A stretch of 64,000 bases of DNA from an uncultured Desulfuromonadaceae bacterium. GTDB taxonomy: Bacteria; SDB-A. The position numbers were made by a program, and so were the translations under genes. Positions 26,774 to 36,834 of this stretch are shown here, piece by piece. The stretch spans positions 4,687 to 68,686 of the forward strand of contig CAYNIW010000010.1 of the NCBI GenBank assembly GCA_964397545.1, read 5' to 3'. Every line of letters starts with the position of its first letter. Within the stretch, counting starts at the first letter, position 1. Under the pieces are notes generated by a model. The model did not search any database and was not told the origin of the DNA. It saw nothing but the letters and a program-made list of their open reading frames with translations.

Positions 26774-28630
26774 ATGTTCACGAGATTGAGACAGACAAAC
26801 GAAATACTAAAAGGCCACCGCCTAACTTTCGCCTTATCAATATTCTGTATGTCGGCGGCGGCTTTTTTCGGATTTATTTCGCCCCTGATTATAAGATATG
26901 TCATTGACTCTGTAATAGAGGGAAAAGCTCCCGGCTTTCCTTTCAATGTATTTATTTTTTCGAGCCAAAAAGATTCTTTGGGAGAAAGCTTGTTCACAGC
27001 AGGAGCTCTGCTCGTAGGAGTTACTTTTCTGCAGGGCGTCTTCACTCTTCTCAAAGGAGCTCTCTCTTCGAGGTCTTCCGAGGGCGCTACAAGAGATCTC
27101 AGAAACAGGCTCTACAATCACATACAGCACCTGCCTTTTTCCTATCACACTCAAGTCAAAACAGGAGACCTGATTCAGCGGTGCACTTCCGATGTCGAGA
27201 CAATCAGAAGGTTTTTTTCAGTCCAGTTCATCGAGATTGGCAGGGCGATTATCATGCTCTGCCTTGTCATACCGATTATGATAAAACTGAACGCCGCCAT
27301 GACTTTTTACTCGATGTTGATAATACCCTTTATCTTCGCTTTTTCAGTTTTTTTCTTCATCAGGGTTAAAAAGGCGTTTAAGAAATCCGATGAATCCGAG
27401 GGAAGGCTCTCTGCGATGCTTCAGGAAAACCTCACAGGAATTCGTGTCGTCCGGGCGTTCGCGAGGCAGGATTTCGAGATGAAAAAGTTTGACCTGAAAA
27501 ACAAAGATTTCAGGGACTTGACATACAAACTCATTATACTGCTGTCACTTTACTGGTCTTCATCCGACTTTCTCTGCCTGGCTCAGATAGCCCTGATAAC
27601 AGTTATAGGAGTAAAAATGGCACTCGCCGGAAATTTGTCAATAGGAACTCTTGTTGTCTTTCTGTCCTACGAAAACCTTCTCCTCTGGCCTGTCAGGCAA
27701 ATGGGAAGGATTATAACAGACATGGGCAAGACATTCGTTTCGGTGGAGAGGGTCAACGAGATACTCTCGGAGAAAACTGAATACAGGCTTTACGAAAGGG
27801 GCTCGGTTATCCCCGAAAGCCGACTCCTCAAAGGTTTCAACATAAAAGGAAAAATTCAATTCAGGGACGTCTGGTATTTTTTCCCGAATACAACGGAACC
27901 TGCTCTCAAAGGCATAAACCTCACGGTTAGAGAGGGACAGACTGCAGCTCTTATGGGCCCTACTGGCTCGGGAAAAACAGCTTTAGTAAGCGTTCTGCCT
28001 CGACTGAACGAATACTCCAAGGGATCCGTCCTCATAGACGACGTGGAATTGAATACAATAGACCCTCATTTTATAAGAAAAAATATCGGAATAGTGCTTC
28101 AGGAACCTTTTTTGTTTTCAAAGACAATCAAGGAAAACCTGATGATGGGCAAAAAAATCTCTTCAGAAGATGAGATTCAGACCGTATCTGAAATTTCCGC
28201 GGTCCACGACTCGATATTGTCTTTTGAAAAAGGCTACGATACTCTCGTCGGCGAAAAAGGCGTGACACTTTCAGGGGGACAGAAGCAGAGGATTGCGATC
28301 GCCAGAACTCTTCTCAAAGATCCCCCTCTTTTGATTTTCGACGATTCTTTCAGCTCGCTTGATTCAGAAACAGACATCAGGATAAGAAACGCCCTCAGGA
28401 AGAGAGAAGGCAGAAGGACTACGATTTTGATATCTCACAGGATATCCTCCATCTCACACGCTGACGTAATCTTCGTCATGGAGAACGGAGAGATAACCCA
28501 GTCCGGAGACCATGAAAGCCTTATAAGAGAAGAGGGTCTATACAAAAGAATATGGGGAATACAGTCAGAATTCGAAAGAGAAACTGAAGAGGCCGGAATA
28601 GAGGCCGAAAAAGAGGCAATACATGAATGA
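26774..28630 (+). CDS. ABC transporter permease/ATP-binding protein (type I exporter, subunit 1)
   Basis: It has six N-terminal TM helices. The NBD has Walker A GPTGSGKT, the signature LSGGQKQR, and Walker B LLIFDDSFS. Confidence 0.85.
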   Translation: MFTRLRQTNEILKGHRLTFALSIFCMSAAAFFGFISPLIIRYVIDSVIEGKAPGFPFNVFIFSSQKDSLGESLFTAGALLVGVTFLQGVFTLLKGALSSRSSEGATRDLRNRLYNHIQHLPFSYHTQVKTGDLIQRCTSDVETIRRFFSVQFIEIGRAIIMLCLVIPIMIKLNAAMTFYSMLIIPFIFAFSVFFFIRVKKAFKKSDESEGRLSAMLQENLTGIRVVRAFARQDFEMKKFDLKNKDFRDLTYKLIILLSLYWSSSDFLCLAQIALITVIGVKMALAGNLSIGTLVVFLSYENLLLWPVRQMGRIITDMGKTFVSVERVNEILSEKTEYRLYERGSVIPESRLLKGFNIKGKIQFRDVWYFFPNTTEPALKGINLTVREGQTAALMGPTGSGKTALVSVLPRLNEYSKGSVLIDDVELNTIDPHFIRKNIGIVLQEPFLFSKTIKENLMMGKKISSEDEIQTVSEISAVHDSILSFEKGYDTLVGEKGVTLSGGQKQRIAIARTLLKDPPLLIFDDSFSSLDSETDIRIRNALRKREGRRTTILISHRISSISHADVIFVMENGEITQSGDHESLIREEGLYKRIWGIQSEFERETEEAGIEAEKEAIHE

Positions 28631-30431
28631 ACAATATTTCAAGGAAGAAGAGTTCACCAAGACTTTCAGGCCAGATCTTTGGAAAAAGGTTATTAGTTTT
28701 GCCAGGCCTTATACGAAATTCGTCGTTTTTCTCTTCGCGGTCATGATCTCAGTCGCTGTGATAGACGCGATTTTTCCTATTATGACAAAATACGCGATAG
28801 ACAGGCTGATAATTGACAAGAACCCCGCTTTCTTGATGAAGTTTGTCGGAGTATTTGCCCTGCTTATAATCCTCCAGAGCGCAAACGTCTTTTTGCTCAT
28901 AGCTCTCGCCGGAAAAATCGACATGTGGATGTGCTATGACATAAGAAAAGCCGCCTTCGCCAATTTGCAGTCGCTCTCATTTTCGTATTTCGACAAAACT
29001 CCAGTGGGATGGATTATGGCGAGGATGACATCCGACACGGAGAGAATAGCAGACACATTCGCATGGGGTTTCGTCGATCTAATCTGGGGTTTTACAATGA
29101 TGGCCGCCATAAGCGGTATCATGTTCTATCTAAATCCCAAGATCGCGGCGGCTGTCCTAATTACAGTCCCTCTGCTCGTTTTTGTCAGCTTTAAGTTTCA
29201 GAAACTGATCCTAAAAAGCTACAGGATTGTCAGAAAGGTCAATTCCAGGGTTACAGGCTCTTACAACGAAGGAATTATGGGCGCCAAGACGACAAAGACG
29301 CTCGTCAGGGAATCGGAAAACCTGTCCGAATTCAAGCATCTGACCCGAAAGATGTTCAAAGCGTCTTTCACCGCCGCCCTTCAGTCTTCGATCTACCTTC
29401 CGATTGTTCTTCTTCTGTCGAGTGTCGGGACCGCCATAGCTGTTATTTACGGCGGTTTTTCAGTCACCGCAGGTTTAATGACTTTCGGAACAATGGTCGC
29501 TTTTATTTCTTATTCTGTCAGGTTCTTCGAACCGGTTCAGGAACTTGCGAGAATATTCGCTGAATTTCAAAACGCGCAGGCTTCCGCAGAAAGGGTGATG
29601 TCTCTCATAAGTGTGGAACCTGAGATAAAAGACCTGCCTTCCCTGCTGTTATTGAACAGGTCCGGAAAAGTTCAGATTCAAGGAGACATTGAATTCAAAG
29701 ACGTATCCTTCAGATACGGCAACGGCCCATGGATTATTAAAAATTTTGATTTCAAAGTCAGAGAAGGCGAAAGCGTCGCTCTCGTCGGAGAAACTGGATC
29801 CGGCAAGACAACCATTGTCAGTCTGATTTGCAGGTTTTACGAACCTCTTAAAGGAAAAATTCTCATAGACGGCGAAGATTATAAAAATATACCGCTTCAC
29901 ACCCTGCAGTCGGCTGTCGGAATGATGCTTCAGACACCACACCTTTTCAGCGGAACTGTCCTTGAAAACATAAGATACGGAGATCTCGAAGCTACTGAAA
30001 ACGACATAACCGCGGCTGCTGAAAATGTCTATGCGGATAGATTTATAAAAAAACTCGAGAAAGGATACGAAACCGAGGTAGGAGAAGGAGGAGGCTTCCT
30101 GTCGTTAGGCCAGAGACAGCTCATTTCTCTCGCGAGAGCTCTTCTGAGTGATCCAAAAATCCTTATTCTCGACGAAGCGACATCTTCAGTTGACACCGAA
30201 ACTGAAAAACTTATCCAGACGGGAATTAAAAAACTCATGAAAGGCAGGACAAGCATTGTCATAGCTCACAGGCTTTCGACGATTACTTCAGTTGACAGAA
30301 TTGTCTTTTTAGAAGACGGCGCTATAATCGAACAGGGATCGCACAGAAAACTGATGAGAGAAAAAGGAAGATATTTCAAATTGTATAAAAATCAGTTCAT
30401 ACACGAAAAAGAACTCGCATATCTGGGATAA
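28623..30431 (+). CDS. ABC transporter permease/ATP-binding protein (type I exporter, subunit 2; heterodimer partner)
   Basis: It has a TMD plus an NBD with GETGSGKT and LSLGQRQ (a slightly degenerate signature, typical of heterodimeric exporters). It overlaps the upstream gene by 8 nt. Confidence 0.85.
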   Translation: MNEQYFKEEEFTKTFRPDLWKKVISFARPYTKFVVFLFAVMISVAVIDAIFPIMTKYAIDRLIIDKNPAFLMKFVGVFALLIILQSANVFLLIALAGKIDMWMCYDIRKAAFANLQSLSFSYFDKTPVGWIMARMTSDTERIADTFAWGFVDLIWGFTMMAAISGIMFYLNPKIAAAVLITVPLLVFVSFKFQKLILKSYRIVRKVNSRVTGSYNEGIMGAKTTKTLVRESENLSEFKHLTRKMFKASFTAALQSSIYLPIVLLLSSVGTAIAVIYGGFSVTAGLMTFGTMVAFISYSVRFFEPVQELARIFAEFQNAQASAERVMSLISVEPEIKDLPSLLLLNRSGKVQIQGDIEFKDVSFRYGNGPWIIKNFDFKVREGESVALVGETGSGKTTIVSLICRFYEPLKGKILIDGEDYKNIPLHTLQSAVGMMLQTPHLFSGTVLENIRYGDLEATENDITAAAENVYADRFIKKLEKGYETEVGEGGGFLSLGQRQLISLARALLSDPKILILDEATSSVDTETEKLIQTGIKKLMKGRTSIVIAHRLSTITSVDRIVFLEDGAIIEQGSHRKLMREKGRYFKLYKNQFIHEKELAYLG

Positions 30432-30457
30432 AACGGGCGAAATCTATAAATCAATAT

Positions 30458-30943
30458 TCAGAGCGGTTTTATACTCTCTATAAAAAGCTCGATGTCATCG
30501 TCGTAATCATCAACAGAGTCTTGTTCGCCAGCACCAAAAATAATCAGCCCTGTTTCCTCGTCCACGAAAAGCAGAAAATATGCTATTAAAAACTCCTCAT
30601 CCTCAGTTTGACCCTCACCGTAAACCGCCCTCATTCCGTTGAAATTTTCCTCTGAAGTTTCGTCAAATACTGCCTTACCGGCTTTCATTTCAAATTCACT
30701 GACTATCACTCTAAAATCGTCGAAGATTTCTTCAGGGGAAGAAGGGAAAAAACCTATGACTATGCATTCTTCCTCAGGAAAAACAACCAGTCCTCTCTCG
30801 TCGCGTTCGATTTCCCATGAATCCGGGAGGTAAAATGACACGCCTCCTTCGGGAAAATCAATCTGTTCTCCGAAAAGATTCGAAAGACAGAAAAATCCTG
30901 CTGTCAGCAAAAACAAAAAAATTTTAGACATGTTCATTTTCAT
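30458..30943 (-). CDS. Secreted acidic protein, unknown function
   Basis: It has the signal peptide MKMNMSKIFLFLLTAGFFCLS and an Asp/Glu-rich C-terminus. Confidence 0.4.
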   Translation of the reverse strand: MKMNMSKIFLFLLTAGFFCLSNLFGEQIDFPEGGVSFYLPDSWEIERDERGLVVFPEEECIVIGFFPSSPEEIFDDFRVIVSEFEMKAGKAVFDETSEENFNGMRAVYGEGQTEDEEFLIAYFLLFVDEETGLIIFGAGEQDSVDDYDDDIELFIESIKPL

Positions 30944-31316
30944 TCCTTTGCTGTGTTTCCTGAGCCGGACTCTTTTTGTAAAGAATCTTGAAAATTCTCG
31001 CTACATTGTGTTTTTCCGAGACTTTCTTGTCGCCGAAAAAACCTATAATAACAAGAAGAACCGACATTAAAATTCCGGGCACCGTTATGAACAGAAGAGT
31101 TTTGTCGCTGAAATTTATTATTGAAAAATAAGTTATGACAAGAAGGGATACTACACCGAGAAAGATAATCGTCCTGTAGATTATATTTTCAAATGTTTTC
31201 GAAGATCCGTCCCACTTGATTGTGTCCTCGATAAAGACTTCATCTTTTTTAGTAAGAGCGGATTTTACAATGTCAGGACAATCCGTATGAACACTTTGAT
31301 TTTGTTCCTCGTTCAT
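30924..31316 (-). CDS. Small membrane protein with two TM helices, unknown function
   Basis: The N-terminal soluble part starts MNEEQNQ and is followed by two hydrophobic helices. It overlaps its neighbours in the 5' direction. Confidence 0.35.
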   Translation of the reverse strand: MNEEQNQSVHTDCPDIVKSALTKKDEVFIEDTIKWDGSSKTFENIIYRTIIFLGVVSLLVITYFSIINFSDKTLLFITVPGILMSVLLVIIGFFGDKKVSEKHNVARIFKILYKKSPAQETQQRNENEHV

Positions 31317-31363
31317 CAATCCTCCTTTCAAGCACATCGCGTATGGACATATAATATACCATT

Positions 31364-31807
31364 TCATGAAGAAATCTGAAGTAGTTCGCAGGAATTTTTA
31401 GTCAGGCTCTCGGTTAAAATATAAAAAAATCTGTCAACCCGTTTCTGATCTCCCGACTTTATTTCAACCTCCACGCATGATTCAAAATAGTCCGTATTCA
31501 GATGAGCCGAGACGAACACGTCAGGTTTCAAAAAGATATGAATTCTTTTTGTGGCTTGATTTTTTGATCTGTAGTTTGCTATGCAGAAAAAAGAGCCGTC
31601 CGACGAGACGCTGAACTTCAATGTCTCTCCGTCCGAACGGATGGCAACTTTCGCTCTGTAATCCCGAACGTATTTTTCATATATCTCTTTGAATATCTCC
31701 TCGAGTCTTTCTATTCCGCAAGATTCAGAAAAGACGAGTTTTTCGCAAAACCTCGTATTCTCAGCTGATTTTTCAGCCGCGAGACTCTTAATTTCATTTT
31801 CAGTCAT
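31364..31807 (-). CDS. Hypothetical cytoplasmic protein
   Basis: It has no recognisable motif. Its stop overlaps the downstream start in ATGA. Confidence 0.35.
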   Translation of the reverse strand: MTENEIKSLAAEKSAENTRFCEKLVFSESCGIERLEEIFKEIYEKYVRDYRAKVAIRSDGETLKFSVSSDGSFFCIANYRSKNQATKRIHIFLKPDVFVSAHLNTDYFESCVEVEIKSGDQKRVDRFFYILTESLTKNSCELLQISS

Positions 31808-32984
31808 CTTTTTCTTCCTCTTTCAGGGCGGACGAAGAAACATTGACAGCCGGATCATGGGGTCTAATTTTCTCGAACTCGCCGATGAGTTTTGAAATTT
31901 TCAAACCCTGAGGGCATTTAGTTTCGCAAATTCCGCATGCCGTGCATTTGTCCGCTCTTTTCTCCTCGGGTATGAAACGGTAGCGGTTTTTAATGTTTTC
32001 AGGTGCGTCAAACATTAAAAGGTCTGAATACAAAGCGAGAATTCCGGGTATAAAAACACCGGACGGGCAGGGAAGGCAGTATGAACAGCCCGTGCAGTTG
32101 AAATGCTTCATTGAGAGGTATGCATTTTTTACATCTTCAAAAAGAGATATTTCTTCATCGCTGAGACAGCCGGGTTTTGAAATGTCCGCAGTTTGCGAGT
32201 TTTGTATTACATGTTCCGGTGTGTTCATTCCGCTCAGTATCAGAGAGACCTCTTTTTTATTCCAGAGCCACATAAGAGCCCATTCGGCCTGCTTTCTTTT
32301 CACCTGCGCTTTTTGCCAGATATCTTCAACTTTCTTCGGGGGACAAGCAAGATTTCCTCCGAGGAGGGGCTCCATGACAATAACCGGTATATTTTTGGAA
32401 GCGGCTAAATTCAGGCCCCTTGTTCCGGCTTGGAAATTTTCATTCATGAAATTATACTGAATCTGGCAGAAATCCCAATCGTCTCTGTAATTTAAAATTT
32501 CTTCGAAAACACCGTAACTGTCGTGGAAGGAAAATCCGACGAAACCGATTTTTCCCCTTTTTTTGGCTTCAAACGCTTTTTCAGGGACACCCAGTTCCTT
32601 CATTTTTTCCCATGTATTGGCAGAGAGTGAATGAAGAAGATAAAAATCAATGAAGTCGGTCTTAAGTTTCTTCATCTGTTCTGATAGAAAAGAATCGAAA
32701 TCCTCGGTCTTCTCGACTTTCCAAACAGGAAGTTTTGTAGCGAGGTTGACTTTTTTGCGCAGTTCTTTTCCGAGAAATTCGCCAAGAAAAGCTTCACTGT
32801 TGCCTCCGTGATACGGATACGCTGTGTCAAAATAGTTGATACCTTCATGAAATGCCTTTTCGAGGACTTTACCCGCTTCTGGGTAGTCAATTTCGCTGTA
32901 TGAGCCTTTCACGGGAAGTCTCATACAGCCGAGACCGAGAACCGAAATGTCCCTCCCCGTTTTTCCGAACCGGACATATCTCAT
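31800..32984 (-). CDS. Aldo/keto reductase fused to a 4Fe-4S ferredoxin domain (COG1453-like)
   Basis: The AKR N-terminus is MRYVRFGKTGRDISVLGLGCMRL. The C-terminus has the Cys clusters CTGCSYCLPC and CTACGICETKCP. Confidence 0.8.
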   Translation of the reverse strand: MRYVRFGKTGRDISVLGLGCMRLPVKGSYSEIDYPEAGKVLEKAFHEGINYFDTAYPYHGGNSEAFLGEFLGKELRKKVNLATKLPVWKVEKTEDFDSFLSEQMKKLKTDFIDFYLLHSLSANTWEKMKELGVPEKAFEAKKRGKIGFVGFSFHDSYGVFEEILNYRDDWDFCQIQYNFMNENFQAGTRGLNLAASKNIPVIVMEPLLGGNLACPPKKVEDIWQKAQVKRKQAEWALMWLWNKKEVSLILSGMNTPEHVIQNSQTADISKPGCLSDEEISLFEDVKNAYLSMKHFNCTGCSYCLPCPSGVFIPGILALYSDLLMFDAPENIKNRYRFIPEEKRADKCTACGICETKCPQGLKISKLIGEFEKIRPHDPAVNVSSSALKEEEKDD

Positions 32985-35701
32985 TTCCGACCCCCCCCGG
33001 TGACTTCTGAAAGTTTTCTCGACAGAACACTGAGATTATAAGGCTTCTGAATGAATCCGCTTATGTTCATACCAGAGAATTTTTTTGATATGTCGTGCTC
33101 GTCGTATCCGCTTGAAATAATAACTTTTGCGTCGGATTTAATTTCTCTTATTTTAGACATGCATTCTTCTCCGTCCATTTTCGGCATGGTCAAATCGAGG
33201 ATGACACAATCGAAAGCATCTGGGTTGGTAAAAAATATCTTTAATCCTTGGACTCCGTCTTTTGCGGGGATGACCTTATAACCGAGAGTCTCAATCATCT
33301 TCGTGCAGATGTCTCGGACTAATTTTTCGTCGTCGATGAGAAGGACAGTCCCTTTTCCCTTTTTAAGTTCTGCTTCCGCCGGCAATGAATTGTTTTTCTT
33401 GTCAATCCTTCTGCCTGCAGGAAGGAAAATTCTGAATGTAGAACCCCTCGCTTTCTCAGACATCACTTTAACTGCTCCGCGGTGAGCCTTGACTATCCCG
33501 AGAACAGCAGCGAGACCGAGTCCCCTGCCGGTGAATTTCGTGGAAAAAAACGGTTCGAATATTTTTGATTTCGTTTCATCATCCATTCCGGTTCCACTGT
33601 CGGTTACTTCTATGAAAACGTAGTTTTCCTCTTCGGTCAATTCTCCAATCATATCTTCGCCGATTTCCGGGAAAAATCCTTTTAAGGCGTTTGTCCTGAC
33701 TATTATCAGTCCGTGTTTATCCGACAGAGATTCCGAGGCGTTTATGACAAGATTCATGACTACCTGCCTTATCTGCGACGCATCGCCTGAAACAGAAGGA
33801 ATGTCTTGTGTAAGTTTGTATTTGATCGTCGCTTTTTTAGATACGGACATCTGAAGTATCGGAGCCATCTCTCGTATCATTTCGTTGACGTCAATTTCCT
33901 CAATCTCGAGTTTTCCTCTGCCGGAGTATGACAGCAGTTGGTGAGTCAGTTCTGAGGCATTTTTTGAAGCCTGAAGTATTTCAGATACATGGCTTTTTTC
34001 AACTGTTCCTTCTTTTAATTTCGAAAGCAGAAGATCCGCGTTGCCCATTATACCCATCAAAAGGTTGTTGAAATCGTGAGCTACTCCGCCTGCGAGGACA
34101 CCGAGGCTTTCAAGTTTCTGAGCTTGGAGCATCTGCTGTTCAATTTTAGCTTTGTTTTCATCATTTTTAACTGCATCTGTGACGTCCACTATGGCTTCAA
34201 GAACCTGAAAGTCAGTTCTCTGTTCATTAGGAATGATAAAAGTTCTGCTGTTATACCATCTTTCGATTACTTTGCTGAACCTTACTTCATTCTGGTTTTT
34301 CTCTGTCCGGAAAGTATTTGCGACAGGACACTTTTCGCATACTACCTGTTTGCCGACAAAATGATCGTGGCACTTCTTACCCACCGGATCGCCTAACGGA
34401 AACATTTTTTTTATAAATTCATTTACCCAGAGAACTCTCATGCCCCTGTCATACATTGTCAAACCTATTTCAAGAGAGGATAGAATTTTCCCCATGAGTT
34501 CTTTTTCCTCTTTAACCTTCTCTTCAGCTATCGTCTCTGAGGTAATATCTCTCTGTATCCCCCACACGTGCGAAATTTTTCCCTCTGCCACATTACCTAT
34601 GAGGCTGTTGCTGAATATCCTTCTTTTTCCGAGAGAATCTTTTTCAACGGTTTTTTCATCTTTGAGCCTGTATCCGGAAGAAATAAACTTTCTGAAATAC
34701 GAAATGTTTTCCGGATCATCCGGTTTCATGAACTCTTCGGGTTTTTTTCCTATCACCTCGGATGCTTTTTTGAAACCGTACATTCTCGCGTAGGCATCGT
34801 TGCATTCGGCGAGAAACGCATTTTCGTAGAATATCCTTATTTGTTCTTCTTCAGGAATATCCACTGAAATGGAGACTTGACTTTCAAATCTCATTATCCC
34901 GTCACCGCTCTCTCTCACAAAAAATTTATATTTTTCTTCGCTCTGGACGAGAGACTTGTTGACGGATATATAGTCAGTGATATTCTTTACAGTTCCGAGA
35001 ACTTTCTCCTCCGAAAGTTGAACGTGGCTTGCGGCAAAATATTTCTTTTCCCCTTTAATCTCAAGATCGTATTCAAAGACTGTATTTTCACCTGTTTTCA
35101 GTGTTTCTCTGACCGCCTCGAGCGATTTAAGAGCCACTTCTTTCGGAAGCAATTCCTTTATGTTTTTTCCAAGGATCATTTCTCTGGGCACATACAGGTC
35201 TTCATCGTTGTTGGCGATAACTTCATGAAAAAAACCCTTTCGGTCTATTACAAATATCATTTCGGGAATAATTTTAAATATCGCCTCGTATGTTTTCAGC
35301 TCTCCGGAGAGTTTCTTTTCGTAATCGTTCATCTTCAGGACTCTCTCGTAAAATCTTTTCACATAGACTGCTCCCAACAGCATGAAGACGCTTACTGCGT
35401 AAACGGAAGTCTGGCGTATCTGTTCATTTAGATAATAGACTTCATAGAAACCTTTTTTAGTGAAATAATCCAGAAGAATGAAAAAAGCGGAGAATGGAAA
35501 AATCAGTGAAAGTATGAACAGGACAGTGTTCCATTTCCTCTTTAATACTATGACGGCGATTATAAAAGCGGAGAGTCTCATTCCTGCGGATATGAAAATC
35601 GCAGAGAGCCCGTTTAAGAAACAAATGACTCCGAGAGCTGTGAAAATAAGAAAGAATGCCGTAAATATAAACGCGTTTTTCTTTTTTTTCATTATAATCA
35701 T
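32981..35701 (-). CDS. Hybrid sensor histidine kinase/response regulator with TM region and PAS domains
   Basis: It has the HisKA H-box GGVAHDFNNLLMGIMG, HATPase motifs (DSGTGMD, GRGLGLA), and a C-terminal REC domain (LLIDDE...ILDLTMPKMDG). I prefer the start at MIIMKKKK so that it does not overlap the epimerase. Confidence 0.8.
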   Translation of the reverse strand: MIIMKKKKNAFIFTAFFLIFTALGVICFLNGLSAIFISAGMRLSAFIIAVIVLKRKWNTVLFILSLIFPFSAFFILLDYFTKKGFYEVYYLNEQIRQTSVYAVSVFMLLGAVYVKRFYERVLKMNDYEKKLSGELKTYEAIFKIIPEMIFVIDRKGFFHEVIANNDEDLYVPREMILGKNIKELLPKEVALKSLEAVRETLKTGENTVFEYDLEIKGEKKYFAASHVQLSEEKVLGTVKNITDYISVNKSLVQSEEKYKFFVRESGDGIMRFESQVSISVDIPEEEQIRIFYENAFLAECNDAYARMYGFKKASEVIGKKPEEFMKPDDPENISYFRKFISSGYRLKDEKTVEKDSLGKRRIFSNSLIGNVAEGKISHVWGIQRDITSETIAEEKVKEEKELMGKILSSLEIGLTMYDRGMRVLWVNEFIKKMFPLGDPVGKKCHDHFVGKQVVCEKCPVANTFRTEKNQNEVRFSKVIERWYNSRTFIIPNEQRTDFQVLEAIVDVTDAVKNDENKAKIEQQMLQAQKLESLGVLAGGVAHDFNNLLMGIMGNADLLLSKLKEGTVEKSHVSEILQASKNASELTHQLLSYSGRGKLEIEEIDVNEMIREMAPILQMSVSKKATIKYKLTQDIPSVSGDASQIRQVVMNLVINASESLSDKHGLIIVRTNALKGFFPEIGEDMIGELTEEENYVFIEVTDSGTGMDDETKSKIFEPFFSTKFTGRGLGLAAVLGIVKAHRGAVKVMSEKARGSTFRIFLPAGRRIDKKNNSLPAEAELKKGKGTVLLIDDEKLVRDICTKMIETLGYKVIPAKDGVQGLKIFFTNPDAFDCVILDLTMPKMDGEECMSKIREIKSDAKVIISSGYDEHDISKKFSGMNISGFIQKPYNLSVLSRKLSEVTGGGRK

Positions 35702-35757
35702 TAACTCCCGTAGATAACCATTATACAGGAGTTCAAGTAAAATCACAAAAAGAGGTT

Positions 35758-36792
35758 TTAAAAAGCAAGCTTTGCGAGTTTTAGTATGCCCTGACTCCAC
35801 GGGACTCTGTGAGAAACGCCTGTTTTGACGAACGATGAGGTGTTTTCCCTATACCACCTGAAATTTCTCAGCAAAGCGTCTTTGTTGGAGAAAAGCGGCT
35901 TATATCCGATTTTTGATTCTGCTTTCTCTATGCTGACAAAAGAATCTTTGCTCGCAGTCTCATAGACCCACATGTAAAGAGGAGAGATCCCTAAAAATTC
36001 GAGAACTTTCAACGCGGCTACAGCCGGTTTGTCGGGCAAAGTTACTATTTTTTTCCCGTGACCTGCATCATCGAGGACCGCCTGGTAGTCTTCTTTCATC
36101 GTGCCGAACTCCTTAGCTCCGATGTTGAAAGTGTCATTGACCTCATCTTTGGGTCGAACCATGCAAAGATATATCGCTTCACAGAAATCTTCCACATCGA
36201 GTAGCTGATATCTGTTTTTTCCGTCTCCAAGGAGAGGAAAATTTCTTCCGTCGAGAGCCCAGTCGTATAAAAGAGTGAATACTCCGAGTCTTTCAGGCCC
36301 TATAAACGATTTGGGCCTGAGTATCGGAGCGCACATTCCCTTGCCTCGGAACTCAAGGCAGACTTTTTCCGCCAGTATTTTGGCCTTTCCGTAATCTCCG
36401 ACGCCTGAAAGCCTGTCGTCCTCAAAAATGGGATGGTGATCCGGAACTCCGTAAACCGCTGTAGTCGAGATATGTATAAACCTTTCTATACCGCTTTTTT
36501 CGGCTTGCTCGAGCATCACTCTCGTCCCGTCGACGTCAGTAGAGTAAATATCGCTTTTTTTGTAAAGAGGCAGAGCCGCGGCGCAGTGAATGACCATGTC
36601 CACGCCTTCATAAGATCTCGACACGGCATCAGGGTCTCTTATGTCTCCGGTGACTGCTTTGACAATGTCTTTTTCGGGATAAAGGAAAGGTTCTATGTCC
36701 AGAGAGACAATATCTTTAATATCTTTCCGGATAAGTTTTCTTATCATATTTATACCTAAAAAACCCGACCCTCCGGTAACCAGAATCCTCAT
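35758..36792 (-). CDS. NAD-dependent epimerase/dehydratase (extended SDR)
   Basis: The N-terminus is MRILVTGGSGFLG. YxxxK is present (YGKAK). Confidence 0.75.
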   Translation of the reverse strand: MRILVTGGSGFLGINMIRKLIRKDIKDIVSLDIEPFLYPEKDIVKAVTGDIRDPDAVSRSYEGVDMVIHCAAALPLYKKSDIYSTDVDGTRVMLEQAEKSGIERFIHISTTAVYGVPDHHPIFEDDRLSGVGDYGKAKILAEKVCLEFRGKGMCAPILRPKSFIGPERLGVFTLLYDWALDGRNFPLLGDGKNRYQLLDVEDFCEAIYLCMVRPKDEVNDTFNIGAKEFGTMKEDYQAVLDDAGHGKKIVTLPDKPAVAALKVLEFLGISPLYMWVYETASKDSFVSIEKAESKIGYKPLFSNKDALLRNFRWYRENTSSFVKTGVSHRVPWSQGILKLAKLAF

Positions 36793-36834
36793 TTTTTCTC
36801 CTTTTGCCTTAGGGATATTTTTTCATGTTCTATG

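Noticed and set aside
33051-35717. Numerous short plus-strand ORFs within the hybrid histidine kinase gene
   Set aside because: They are antisense shadow ORFs of a single 900-aa minus-strand gene with clear HisKA, HATPase and REC motifs.
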